A stretch of 32,000 bases of DNA from Geobacter metallireducens GS-15. GTDB taxonomy: Bacteria; Desulfobacterota; Desulfuromonadia; Geobacterales; Geobacteraceae. A program made the position numbers and the translations under genes. The notes beneath the pieces were generated by a model, which worked only from the letters and a program-made list of their open reading frames with translations, was not told the DNA's origin and searched no databases. The stretch is from contig NC_007517.1 in assembly GCF_000012925.1 (NCBI RefSeq), positions 510,001-542,000 of the forward strand, given 5' to 3'. How positions within the stretch are numbered: the first letter of the stretch is position 1; each line of letters starts with the position of its first letter. Positions 16,571 to 27,174 of this stretch are shown here, in pieces.

Positions 16571-17271
16571 CCGCTAAGATTTACGCCGTGGGCGTCGGCC
16601 CCGGCGACCCCGAGCTTCTGACGAGAAAGGCCGCGCGGATCATCCGTTCGGCCGCCGTCATCTGCGCCCCTACTGGTGCGGCCGATGCGGCCAGCTACGC
16701 CCTCTCCATCGTGGAGGACCTCATCGACCCCTCCCGCCAGGAGGTGCTGCCCCAAGTCTTTCCCATGCGCAAGGACCAGGAGGGGCTTGAAGCGTTCTGG
16801 GACGAGGCGGCCGCCCAGGTGGCCGCGCGGGTGCGGGCGGGGAGGGACGTGGCCTTCATCACCATCGGCGACCCATTCCTCTACTCCACCTTCCTCTACC
16901 TCTATCGTATCTTTCAAGAGCGCTACCCGGATATCCCTGTCGAGATCGTGCCGGGGATATCCAGCATCAACGCCGCCGCTGCCGCTGCCGGCGTCCCCCT
17001 GGGGATGGCCGCCGAGCGGATCGCCATCCTCCCCACCACCTACGAGGACGACGAACTGCGCAGGACCTTCGCCGACTTCGATACCGTCATCCTCATGAAG
17101 GTGAACCGGGTCTTCGACCGGATTTACGCCCTGTTGAAGGAGTTGGGGCTGGAGCGGAAAGGGGTATTTGTCCGCCGGGTCGGTTCCGCCGACGAAGAGG
17201 TGATCTTCGACTTGGAGCGGCTCGTGGGGGAGAAGCTCGATTACCTGTCGCTGCTGATTGTGAAAAAGTAG
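16567..17271 (+). CDS. cbiL: Cobalt-factor II / precorrin-2 C20-methyltransferase
   Basis: ATGA overlap with cbiET. IYAVGVGPGDPELLTRKA, FITIGDPFLYSTF. Confidence 0.85.
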   Translation: MTAKIYAVGVGPGDPELLTRKAARIIRSAAVICAPTGAADAASYALSIVEDLIDPSRQEVLPQVFPMRKDQEGLEAFWDEAAAQVAARVRAGRDVAFITIGDPFLYSTFLYLYRIFQERYPDIPVEIVPGISSINAAAAAAGVPLGMAAERIAILPTTYEDDELRRTFADFDTVILMKVNRVFDRIYALLKELGLERKGVFVRRVGSADEEVIFDLERLVGEKLDYLSLLIVKK

Positions 17272-17280
17272 GAGCCCTTA

Positions 17281-18057
17281 GTGACCATCGTCCATTTCAT
17301 CGGCGCCGGTCCCGGCGATGCCGAACTTATAACTGTAAAGGGTGCCCGGCTTCTGCGGGAGGCGGATGTGGTGGTCTATGCCGGAAGCCTCGTGGATCGG
17401 GAGCTGGTCCGCACCTACGCCCCCGATGCCGAGGTGTGCGATTCCGCTGCCATGACCCTGGAGGAGACCACGGCGGTCCTGGCCCAGGCGGTGGCGGACG
17501 GGAAGCGGGCCGTGCGGCTCCACACCGGCGATCCATCCATCTACGGAGCCATTCAGGAGCAGATGGCGGAGCTGGACCGGCTCGGTATTGCCTATGCCGT
17601 GGTGCCGGGGGTGACGAGCGCCTTTGCCGCCGCCGCCACCCTCAGGCAGGAACTGACCCTCCCTGAAGTCTCCCAGACCGTCGTCATCACGCGCCTTGCG
17701 GGGCGGACCCCGGTGCCGGAGCGGGAGAAGCTGACCGAAATCGCCAGGATCGGGGCAACGCTCGTCATCTACCTGTCGATCTCCATGGTGGAGCAGGTGG
17801 TGGCGGAGCTCCTGCAGGGGGCCTACACTCCGGCCACTCCGGTAGCGGTGGTGTCCAGGGCGTCGTGGCCCGACGAGCACGTGGTGGAGGGGACCCTGGC
17901 CGACATCGCCGGAAAGGTCCGGGACGCCGGTATCGGCAAGCAGGCCATCATCCTCGTGGGGGATGTGCTGAAGGCCCGCCGGGAAGGGCTCAAGAGCAAA
18001 TCGCTCCTGTACGACAAGGGATTTTCCCACGAGTTCCGCAAGGGGATCGTTACCTAG
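17281..18057 (+). CDS. cbiF: Cobalt-precorrin-4 C11-methyltransferase
   Basis: GTG 17281. VHFIGAGPGDAELITVKGARLL, VRLHTGDPSIYGA, VPGVTSAFAAAA. Confidence 0.9.
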   Translation: MTIVHFIGAGPGDAELITVKGARLLREADVVVYAGSLVDRELVRTYAPDAEVCDSAAMTLEETTAVLAQAVADGKRAVRLHTGDPSIYGAIQEQMAELDRLGIAYAVVPGVTSAFAAAATLRQELTLPEVSQTVVITRLAGRTPVPEREKLTEIARIGATLVIYLSISMVEQVVAELLQGAYTPATPVAVVSRASWPDEHVVEGTLADIAGKVRDAGIGKQAIILVGDVLKARREGLKSKSLLYDKGFSHEFRKGIVT

Positions 18058-18088
18058 TTTTCTCTGTGACCTCGGTGTCCTCTGTGGC
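18058..18088. repeat. CTCTGTG-type solo arm F3 (cbiF|cbiG)
   Basis: TTTTCTCTGTGACCTCGGTGTCCTCTGTGGC followed by AAAGGAGG, which is the SD for cbiG. Same unit and 3' flank as arm 2 of F2. No upstream partner arm seen. Confidence 0.7.
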
Positions 18089-18102
18089 AAAGGAGGCATG
18101 TT

Positions 18103-19158
18103 TTGCGCATCGCCATCATCGCCATAACCCGCAACGGCGCCCGGCTCGGCACGCAGCTGCGGGACGGGCTCGGAAGCGCGGAGCTCTACGTCCTGCAGAA
18201 ATTCGCCGGGCAAGCAGGGACGGGGGCCGTTCCCTTTGCGGGGGAGCTCAAGGGACTGGTGGCGGAACTCTGGCCTGCCTTCGACGGTTTTGTCTTTATC
18301 ATGGCCACGGGAATCGTGGTCCGGATGGTGGCACCCCACCTGGTTGCCAAGGATCTGGACCCGGCGGTGGTGGTGATGGACGATGCCGGCAAATTCGCCG
18401 TCTCTCTTCTCTCGGGGCACCTGGGGGGGGCCAACGAGCTCGCCTGCCGCTGTGCTTTCGTGACCGGCGCCCGGGAGGTGATTACCACCGCCACCGACGC
18501 CAACAATCTCCCTTCCTTTGATATGCTGGCCAAGGAGGAGGGGTGGGCCATCGACGACCTCTGTCGGGTGAAGACCCTGAACGCGCTCATTCTTGAGGGG
18601 GAGGAGATCGCCGTGGTGGACCCCACCGACCGGGTGCGGACCGCCTTCCACGGCACGGCGCGACTCACCTTCCACGATACCTTTGTGGAGGCCCTCCAGA
18701 GCGGCGCCAAGGGTTTTGTCTTCGTCACCAACCGACGGCTCCCCCCCCAGGCCCAGGCGGACAGCCTCCTCATCCTGCGCCCCCGCAACCTGGCCCTCGG
18801 CATCGGCTGCAACAGCGGCACCGGGGCCGAGGAAATAGCAGCGGTGGTGGGCGCCCAGATGAAGCGCCTCTTCCTCTCCCTGAAGAGCGTCGCCTGCATC
18901 GGGAGCGCCGTGGCCAAGCAGGACGAGGCAGGGCTTCTGGCCTTTGCCCGGGAGCACGGCCTCCCCCTTCGCTTCTTCGAGAGTGGGGAGCTGAACAGCG
19001 TCACCGTGCCGTCACCCCCCTCGGCCCACGCCCTGGAGGCCATCGGCGCCACCGGCGTTGCCGAGCCGGCTGCGGTGCTGGCATCCAACGGCGGGCGGCT
19101 CCTGCTGAAAAAGATCAAGAGCGGCAACGTGACGCTCGCCATCGCTGAAATACCGTAA
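18103..19158 (+). CDS. cbiG: Cobalt-precorrin-5A hydrolase
   Basis: TTG 18103, 6 nt after AGGAGG. IAIIAITRNGARL, ATGIVVRMVAP, SLLSGHLGGANELA, C-terminal CbiG_C (LGIGCNSG...). Confidence 0.85.
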   Translation: MRIAIIAITRNGARLGTQLRDGLGSAELYVLQKFAGQAGTGAVPFAGELKGLVAELWPAFDGFVFIMATGIVVRMVAPHLVAKDLDPAVVVMDDAGKFAVSLLSGHLGGANELACRCAFVTGAREVITTATDANNLPSFDMLAKEEGWAIDDLCRVKTLNALILEGEEIAVVDPTDRVRTAFHGTARLTFHDTFVEALQSGAKGFVFVTNRRLPPQAQADSLLILRPRNLALGIGCNSGTGAEEIAAVVGAQMKRLFLSLKSVACIGSAVAKQDEAGLLAFAREHGLPLRFFESGELNSVTVPSPPSAHALEAIGATGVAEPAAVLASNGGRLLLKKIKSGNVTLAIAEIP

Positions 19159-19164
19159 GCTATC

Positions 19165-19253
19165 AAGAATCCAGAATTCAGAAGCCAGAATTCAGAAGAA
19201 AAGCACGGTCTTTTCATGATGTCTACTTCTGTATTCTGACTCCTGACTCCTTC
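19165..19253. repeat. CAGAAKY-heptamer tandem-unit hairpin G (cbiG|cbiH)
   Basis: AAGAATC-CAGAATT-CAGAAGC-CAGAATT-CAGAAG (19165-19198) vs CTTCTGTATTCTGACTCCTGACTCCTTC (19226-19253). Imperfect inverted arms of period 7, 27 nt loop. Confidence 0.75.
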
Positions 19254-19267
19254 ATTTGAGGTTAACC

Positions 19268-21661
19268 ATGTCCAAGCTCTACGTCGTCGGCATCGGTCCC
19301 GGCGACCTCGACCATATGACCTTCCAGGCCAACGAGGCCCTTGACGCCGCCGATGTGGTGGTGGGGTACAAGACCTACCTGGACCTGATCGCCCCTCTCA
19401 TCGCCGGCAAGGAGATTATCTCCTCCGGAATGATGAAGGAGGTGGAGCGCTGCCGCGAAGCCTTGGACCTGGCCGCCTCGGGGAAGACGGTGGCCCTGGT
19501 CTCCAGCGGCGACGCCGGCATCTACGGCATGGCGGGGCTCGCCCTGGAGCTGGCGGCGGAGTTGGTCGCCCCCCCCGAGATCGTAGTGGTTCCCGGCGTT
19601 TCGGCCGTGCAGGCGGCTGCAGCGGTCCTCGGCGCTCCCCTTATGCATGATTTCACCGTCATCTCCCTCTCGGATCTCCTGACCCCGTGGGACCTCATCG
19701 AACGGCGGCTTGTGGCCGCCGCCACGGCCGATTTCGTCGTAGCCCTCTACAACCCCCGGAGCAAGGGGCGGGTGCAGCAGATCGAGGAGGCCCGGCAGAT
19801 CCTCCTGTCTGCCCGGCCGGCCGATACCCCGGTGGGGATCGTCCGCAACGCCTTGCGGGAGGGGGAGGAGCGGATCGTCACCACCCTCGGAAGGATGCTC
19901 GACCACCCCATCGATATGTTCTCTCTGGTCATCGTGGGGAACTCTGCCACCTTCGTCGACCCGGCGGGGCGGATGGTGACCCCGCGCGGCTACGCCGCCG
20001 GGATCCGGGACCGGGGACCAGGGGAAAAGGCCGGGACCGGGGACCAGGGACCAGGGACCAGGGAAAAACAAAAAAAACCAGTCACTGAGTACTCGGTGGA
20101 TTCCCCGTCTCAGATTTTGAATTCCCGGTCCCCGGTCCCTGGTCCCCGGTCCCGGTCTTTGATGGTGGTCGGTACGGCCTCCGATGTGGGCAAATCGGTC
20201 CTCACGGCCGGCATCTGCCGCATCCTCAAGAACCGGGGGCTCCGGGTGGCCCCCTTCAAGTCCCAGAACATGGCCCTCAACTCGGCGGTCACCCCCGAGG
20301 GAGGGGAGATCGGCCGGGCCCAGGCGGTACAGGCGGCGGCCTGCGGCATCCCCCCCCATGCCGACATGAACCCGATCCTCCTGAAACCCTCCTCCGATAC
20401 GGGAAGTCAGGTCATCGTCGCGGGTGAGGTGGTGGGGAATATGTCGGTGCGGGAGTACCACGCCTATAAACCCATGGCTTTCGAGCAGGTACGGGAAAGT
20501 TTTGACCGCCTCTCCTCGGCCCACGATGTCGTGGTCATCGAGGGGGCCGGAAGCATCGCCGAGATCAACCTGAAAGCCCACGACATCGCCAACCTGAAGG
20601 TGGCCGAGATGGCCGGATGCCGGGCCATCCTCGTGGCCGACATTGACCGGGGCGGGGTCTTCGCCCAGATCGTGGGGACCCTGGAGCTTCTGGAGCCGGC
20701 GGAGCGGGAGCGGATCGCGGGCATCGTCATCAACAAGTTCCGGGGGGATGCCTCGCTTCTCACGCCGGGAATCAAGTTCGTGGAGAAGCGGACCGGGGTG
20801 CCGGTTCTGGGGGTGGTCCCCTGCTTCAGCGGCTTCCGCATCCCCGAGGAGGACAGCGTCGCCCTGGAAAAACGGGGATCGGGGACCGGGGACCGGGGAC
20901 CGGGGGAAAAGCTCAAAATCGGGGTGGTGAAGCTGTCGCGGATCTCCAACTACACCGACTTCGACGCCTTGGAAGCGGAACCCGACGTGCGTCTTACCTA
21001 CGTGGAAGGGGCGGACCAGCTCCGGGGGCTCGATCTCCTCATTATCCCCGGGAGCAAGGCGACCACCACCGACCTCTACTTCCTCATGGAGCGGGGGCTC
21101 TTCGAGGCGATCCGGGCCTTTCAGGGGCTCATCGTGGGCATCTGCGGCGGCTACCAGATGCTGGGAAAGCGGGTCTCCGACCCCCACGCCGTGGAGTCGG
21201 GGATCCGGGAGGCCGAAGGGCTGGGTCTTCTGGACGTGGTGACGGTGATGCTGGAAAAGAAGACCACCCACCAGGCCCGGGCGGAACTCCTGCCGGCGGG
21301 GTACCAGGTGGCTCCCCGCTGCCGGGGCGAGCTGGAGGGGTACGAAATTCACATGGGGGAAACGATCCTCGGTCCGAGCGTCCGCCCCTTTGCCCGGGCC
21401 ACGGAACGGTCGGGGCGGGCGGTGGAGGTGCTGGACGGCGCCGTCTCCTGCGACGGCCGGGTCTTCGGCACTTACCTCCACGGCATCTTCGACAACGCCG
21501 GTTTCCGCTCCGCCTTCCTCAACAAGCTCCGGCGGGCCAAGGGGCTTGTTGAGCGCCCCGCGGCGGAGGCGCAGGACGACCCCTTTGATCTCCTGGCGGC
21601 CCACCTGGAGAAGCACCTGGACATGGAGCGGCTCCTGGCCGTCTGCGGGCTTGCCCGGTGA
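19268..21661 (+). CDS. cbiH-cobQ: Single uninterrupted ORF: CbiH (cobalt-factor III C17-methyltransferase, ~19268-19997) fused to CobQ/CbiP (cobyric acid synthase, ~20162-21661)
   Basis: CbiH: KLYVVGIGPGDLDHMT, SSGDAGIYGMAG, ...MVTPRGY (normal CbiH C-terminus). CobQ: LMVVGTASDVGKSV, APFKSQNMALNS, GATase IGVVKLSRISNYTDFD, ICGGYQMLG, TYLHGIFDN. There is no in-frame stop between the two. An in-frame ATG at 20162 could also allow independent CobQ initiation. Confidence 0.85.
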   Translation: MSKLYVVGIGPGDLDHMTFQANEALDAADVVVGYKTYLDLIAPLIAGKEIISSGMMKEVERCREALDLAASGKTVALVSSGDAGIYGMAGLALELAAELVAPPEIVVVPGVSAVQAAAAVLGAPLMHDFTVISLSDLLTPWDLIERRLVAAATADFVVALYNPRSKGRVQQIEEARQILLSARPADTPVGIVRNALREGEERIVTTLGRMLDHPIDMFSLVIVGNSATFVDPAGRMVTPRGYAAGIRDRGPGEKAGTGDQGPGTREKQKKPVTEYSVDSPSQILNSRSPVPGPRSRSLMVVGTASDVGKSVLTAGICRILKNRGLRVAPFKSQNMALNSAVTPEGGEIGRAQAVQAAACGIPPHADMNPILLKPSSDTGSQVIVAGEVVGNMSVREYHAYKPMAFEQVRESFDRLSSAHDVVVIEGAGSIAEINLKAHDIANLKVAEMAGCRAILVADIDRGGVFAQIVGTLELLEPAERERIAGIVINKFRGDASLLTPGIKFVEKRTGVPVLGVVPCFSGFRIPEEDSVALEKRGSGTGDRGPGEKLKIGVVKLSRISNYTDFDALEAEPDVRLTYVEGADQLRGLDLLIIPGSKATTTDLYFLMERGLFEAIRAFQGLIVGICGGYQMLGKRVSDPHAVESGIREAEGLGLLDVVTVMLEKKTTHQARAELLPAGYQVAPRCRGELEGYEIHMGETILGPSVRPFARATERSGRAVEVLDGAVSCDGRVFGTYLHGIFDNAGFRSAFLNKLRRAKGLVERPAAEAQDDPFDLLAAHLEKHLDMERLLAVCGLAR
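19998..20157. repeat. GGGGACC-heptamer inverted-repeat element C (forms the whole cbiH::cobQ linker)
   Basis: Two tandem + arms CCGGGATCCGGGACCGGGGACCAGGGGAAAAGG and CCGGGACCGGGGACCAGGGACCAGGGACCAGGGAAAAAC (19998-20070), an A-rich spacer, then - arm GAATTCCCGGTCCCCGGTCCCTGGTCCCCGGTCCCGGTC (20119-20157). Confidence 0.85.
20873..20912. repeat. GGGGACC-heptamer solo arm D inside cobQ (interdomain linker)
   Basis: CGGGGATCGGGGACCGGGGACCGGGGACCGGGGGAAAAGC, translated RGSGTGDRGPGEKL. Lies between the ATPase-like and glutamine amidotransferase domains. Confidence 0.85.
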
Positions 21662-22614
21662 CCGAGGCCGGCGCGGTCGTCCTGACCGCGGTCCTCCTCG
21701 ATCTCCTCTTCGGCGACCCCCGCTGGCTCCCCCATCCGGTGGTGGCCATCGGCAAGCTGATCACGGTGCTGGAGAAATTCCTGCGGCGGCTGGTGACGAA
21801 CGAGCGTGTCGGCGGGGTGCTGCTCCTTCTGCTGGCCGTCGGCATCACCGCCGGCGCCGCCTGGGGGGCGGTGCGGGGAGCTTCTCTCGTCCACCCGCTC
21901 GCTGGAGTCGTTGTGTCGGCTCTCCTCGGGTGGACCTGTCTGGCGGCCCGGTCCCTCCATGGGGAATCGAAGCGGGTGGCCGACGCCCTGGTACGGGGCG
22001 ACCTGCCGGAGGCCCGGCGGTATCTCTCCTTTATCGTGGGACGGGACACTGCTGGACTTTCCGAGCCGGAGGTCTGGCGCGGCGCCGTGGAGACCGTGGC
22101 TGAGAACACTTCCGACGGCGTCATCGCCCCGCTCCTCTTCTTCATGATCGGCGGGGCACCCCTGGCCCTGGCCTACAAGGCGGTCAACACCCTCGATTCC
22201 ATGGTGGGGTACAAGAACGAGCGGTATCTTCATTTCGGCTGGGCCTCGGCCCGGAGCGACGACCTGGCCAACCTGATCCCGGCCAGGCTCACGGGGCTCC
22301 TCATGACCCTTGCCGCTCCCCTGGCGGGTCTGTCGGGGCGCGGTGCCTGGCGGATAATGCTCCGGGATGGCCGCAATCACTCATCCCCCAACAGCGGCAT
22401 CCCCGAGGCGGCCGCCGCCGGCGCCCTCGGCGTGCAACTGGGGGGGACCAACGTCTATTTCGGCAAGCCGGTGGCGAAGCCCACCATTGGCGATCCCTTG
22501 AAGCCCCTTGACGCCACGGCCTGGCGGGGTACCGTGCGGCTCATGTACGGCGCCGAGTGTTTGCTGGTCCTTCTGGCGGCAGTAATGACCACCATCCTGA
22601 CAATTACAGACTAA
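21658..22614 (+). CDS. cbiB: Adenosylcobinamide-phosphate synthase
   Basis: GTG 21658 overlaps the cobQ stop (GTGA). LLDLLFGDPRWLPHPVVAIGKLI, SPNSG.PEAA.AGALGV..GG are CbiB/CobD-family signatures. Membrane protein. Confidence 0.9.
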   Translation: MTEAGAVVLTAVLLDLLFGDPRWLPHPVVAIGKLITVLEKFLRRLVTNERVGGVLLLLLAVGITAGAAWGAVRGASLVHPLAGVVVSALLGWTCLAARSLHGESKRVADALVRGDLPEARRYLSFIVGRDTAGLSEPEVWRGAVETVAENTSDGVIAPLLFFMIGGAPLALAYKAVNTLDSMVGYKNERYLHFGWASARSDDLANLIPARLTGLLMTLAAPLAGLSGRGAWRIMLRDGRNHSSPNSGIPEAAAAGALGVQLGGTNVYFGKPVAKPTIGDPLKPLDATAWRGTVRLMYGAECLLVLLAAVMTTILTITD

Positions 22615-22730
22615 ACACAGAGGCGCAGAGACACAGAGATGGTAATTCCGGAGACCCTGGCTGAAATCTGTTTGCTTGCAGGGTAACACCTTAAAACGGT
22701 TTTCCTCTGGGTCCCTGTGCCCCTGTGGTG
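22615..22730. repeat. CACAGAG-type tandem-unit hairpin F4 (cbiB|cobD)
   Basis: ACACAGAG-GCGCAGAG-ACACAGAG-A (22615-22639, period 8) vs TCCTCTGGGTCCCTGTGCCCCTGTGGTG (22703-22730). Degenerate inverted arms, 63 nt spacer. Confidence 0.65.
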
Positions 22731-22746
22731 AAAGGTTTTACGAATA

Positions 22747-25114
<2,368 letters not shown>

Positions 25115-25133
25115 ATTAAGCGAGAGGGGAGTC

Positions 25134-26492
25134 TTAGCCCCGCTTGCCGCTCTGGAGGATCACCACCCGGCAGCCGGGGAGCGCCAGCCGCAGGCGGTCG
25201 AGCCCCCCGTCGGTGACCGGGGCGTTGCTGATGGTGAGGGAGCAGAGCCGCGGCAGGTATCTGAGGGAGGCGAGCCCGGCATCGGTGACCAGGGTGTCGT
25301 AGAGGTAGATTCGTTCGAGGTTTTTCAGCTCCAGGAGATGGACTATCCCTTCGCTGGTTATTCCTTCGCCCGACAGGTAGAGTTCTCTTATACCCGTGAG
25401 CCGCAGGATGTGGGTCAGGTCGTCGTCGGCAATGCCGTAGAGGAAGCAGGCCTGGAGGTCGTCGACCTGGAGGGTGCCGAGGAGGTCCAGGTCGGCCACG
25501 GCCCCTTCCCGCACATCGAGCCGCAGTCCCTTTCCCGCCGGCACGGCCACGGCGCCGAGTGCTTCGCCGAGGCGCTTCCAGTCGAGGAAGCTCCCCGAAT
25601 TCCGTTCGCGAACGAAGAGGGTTCCGAGGGGACGGTCGGCGGGAAACCGGACGGTGCGGAAGGTGCCCGCCGGCGGTGACGGTGGTGTTTGAGCGGCCTG
25701 GGGGGCATCATCGGCATGGCGTCCGCGGCCCAACTCGTTGAGGGTTCTGCAGGAGGCGAGAATCTCGGCGTCAAGCCTCGACGCCATCTCGGCGATGATG
25801 TCGTGCCCCCGCCACCGGGCGTCCTGTACACGCTGGATCAGGCGGTAGAGATCGGTGTTCCGGAGCCGGGCCATCTCCAGCTCCACTCCCCTGATCCGCT
25901 CCACCACCCGGCCGATGCGCCGGATGACCAGGGCAAGCTCGCCGGCGGTGCCGACGGCCACGGCCGTTTCGGGGGAGAGTTGCCACTCTTCCAGGATTGC
26001 CTGGAGGGTGACCCGGTCCTCTTCGGCGTAGGCCCGGTTTGCCTCGGCCATGAGCTTCTGGCGGCGCCTGCGGTCCTCGTCGGACTCGGCGAAGTCGGGG
26101 TGGATCGCTTTGGCCACCCGGCGGTAGACGTTGCGGATTCCCTCGTTTTTCACCGTTGGCGCGGTGCCCGGTTTTACCCGGGGGATATCCTCAAGTTCCG
26201 GTTCGTCATCCTGAAAACCGTAGTGCCGCCGCTCGCCTCCATCCCCCGTTCGGCTTCTGGCGGCGGCCCCAGAGCGGGCCCTAGCAAGCTCCTGCCGCAG
26301 CTGGTCCAGTTCCCGGATCCGGTCTGCCATCTGCACGGAGTAGAGCTTCTCGAACTCCCGGATCTCCTCCCGAAGATCCTCCAGGTCGTGTTCGAGCCGT
26401 GCCAGACGCCGCTCCAGGGCGTGAAACTCCCGCCGCTTGCGTTCAAGCTCCTGCTCATCCGCAGTTGGTGTCCGTTTGTATCCTGATTTCAT
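25134..26492 (-). CDS. J-domain (DnaJ-like) protein with N-terminal coiled coil and C-terminal leucine-rich repeats
   Basis: ATG at 26492. The upstream 111 codons of the track ORF overlap the PPC gene in another frame and are rejected. IRNVYRRVAKAIHPDFA carries the HPD motif. C-terminus LTGIRELYLSGEGITSEGIVHLLELKNLERIYLYDTLVTDAGLASLRYLPRLCSLTISNAPVTDGGL is an LRR pattern. Confidence 0.75.
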   Translation of the reverse strand: MKSGYKRTPTADEQELERKRREFHALERRLARLEHDLEDLREEIREFEKLYSVQMADRIRELDQLRQELARARSGAAARSRTGDGGERRHYGFQDDEPELEDIPRVKPGTAPTVKNEGIRNVYRRVAKAIHPDFAESDEDRRRRQKLMAEANRAYAEEDRVTLQAILEEWQLSPETAVAVGTAGELALVIRRIGRVVERIRGVELEMARLRNTDLYRLIQRVQDARWRGHDIIAEMASRLDAEILASCRTLNELGRGRHADDAPQAAQTPPSPPAGTFRTVRFPADRPLGTLFVRERNSGSFLDWKRLGEALGAVAVPAGKGLRLDVREGAVADLDLLGTLQVDDLQACFLYGIADDDLTHILRLTGIRELYLSGEGITSEGIVHLLELKNLERIYLYDTLVTDAGLASLRYLPRLCSLTISNAPVTDGGLDRLRLALPGCRVVILQSGKRG

Positions 26493-26526
26493 GAAAACCT
26501 GGAACGTTGAGAATGATGGTGCGGTG

Positions 26527-26991
26527 TTACGGGTTGAGAAGCGCCCGCTCAAGCTCGGGGGAGAGCCCCTTCTGTCCCGAGGCCGGGTACTGCTCCCGCT
26601 CCCAGAGGAAGAGGCCGGTGGTCTCGTCGAAGACGCGGACGGGCGCACTCCCCGGCAGCGGCATGATGGCGTACTCGGCGGCGAAGATGGTGCATCCCTC
26701 CAGGGCATGGCCGCCGAAGACCTTCCCCTCTTCGTCGGAAATGGAGAGATGGAGGTGGACGAAGGGCCTGCCGTCCCGCAGCGATATGTTTCCCAGGCCG
26801 GAAACGATCTCCAGAGGCTTGGCAAAGGGGAGCTCCCGGTAGCTCTTGCTCCACTGGTCGTAGAAGCCGAGTTTTGCCCCCTGGAGGGCGCCGATCACCT
26901 GGATGGCGCCGGCCCGGATACCGTTGGCGCCGGCCGCCTCGATGAGGGCGCCGATCAGGTCCGCCTGGTGGGGGAGCTTGCCCATGAACAT
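26527..26991 (-). CDS. PPC (DUF296) domain-containing DNA-binding protein
   Basis: IQVIGALQGAKLGFYD...LEIVSGLGNISLRDGRPFVHLHLSISDEEGKVFGGHALEG matches the PPC/DUF296 pattern. Start ATG 26991 or 26985. 35 nt upstream of the J-domain gene on the same strand. Confidence 0.75.
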   Translation of the reverse strand: MFMGKLPHQADLIGALIEAAGANGIRAGAIQVIGALQGAKLGFYDQWSKSYRELPFAKPLEIVSGLGNISLRDGRPFVHLHLSISDEEGKVFGGHALEGCTIFAAEYAIMPLPGSAPVRVFDETTGLFLWEREQYPASGQKGLSPELERALLNP

Positions 26992-27079
26992 TGCCGTACC
27001 TCCGTCGTGTTCCGCCGGGGCGGCGGATTTCGGCCACTGTAGCCCATCTGCCCATGGGAGTCAACGGAGGGATTCCCCC

Positions 27080-27107
27080 TTGACAAGCACCGGGCGGGGG
27101 GTATTTT
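27080..27107 (+). promoter_or_regulatory. Possible sigma-70 promoter for znuA
   Basis: TTGACA (27080-27085), 16 nt, TATTTT (27102-27107). Followed by the small inverted repeat AGCGG-CAACCA-CCGCT. Pattern match only. Confidence 0.3.
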
Positions 27108-27174
27108 AGAGCGGCAACCACCGCTTGTTATTCCTGCTTCGGCTGCCCCGTTCGCGGGCGAAAAAAGAGGGTTC

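Noticed and set aside
6920-21616. Other large antisense ORFs (6920..8296, 8278..9693, 12798..14441, 15125..16528, 17278..18957, 19262..21616, all on the minus strand)
   Set aside because: Same reasoning. Each mirrors a well-supported + strand cobalamin gene and encodes Arg/Gly/Pro/His-rich sequence without domain signatures.
26493-26825. 111-codon N-terminal extension of the J-domain ORF
   Set aside because: It overlaps the PPC-domain gene in another frame and is Ser/Pro/Arg-rich. ATG 26492 begins the coiled-coil sequence.
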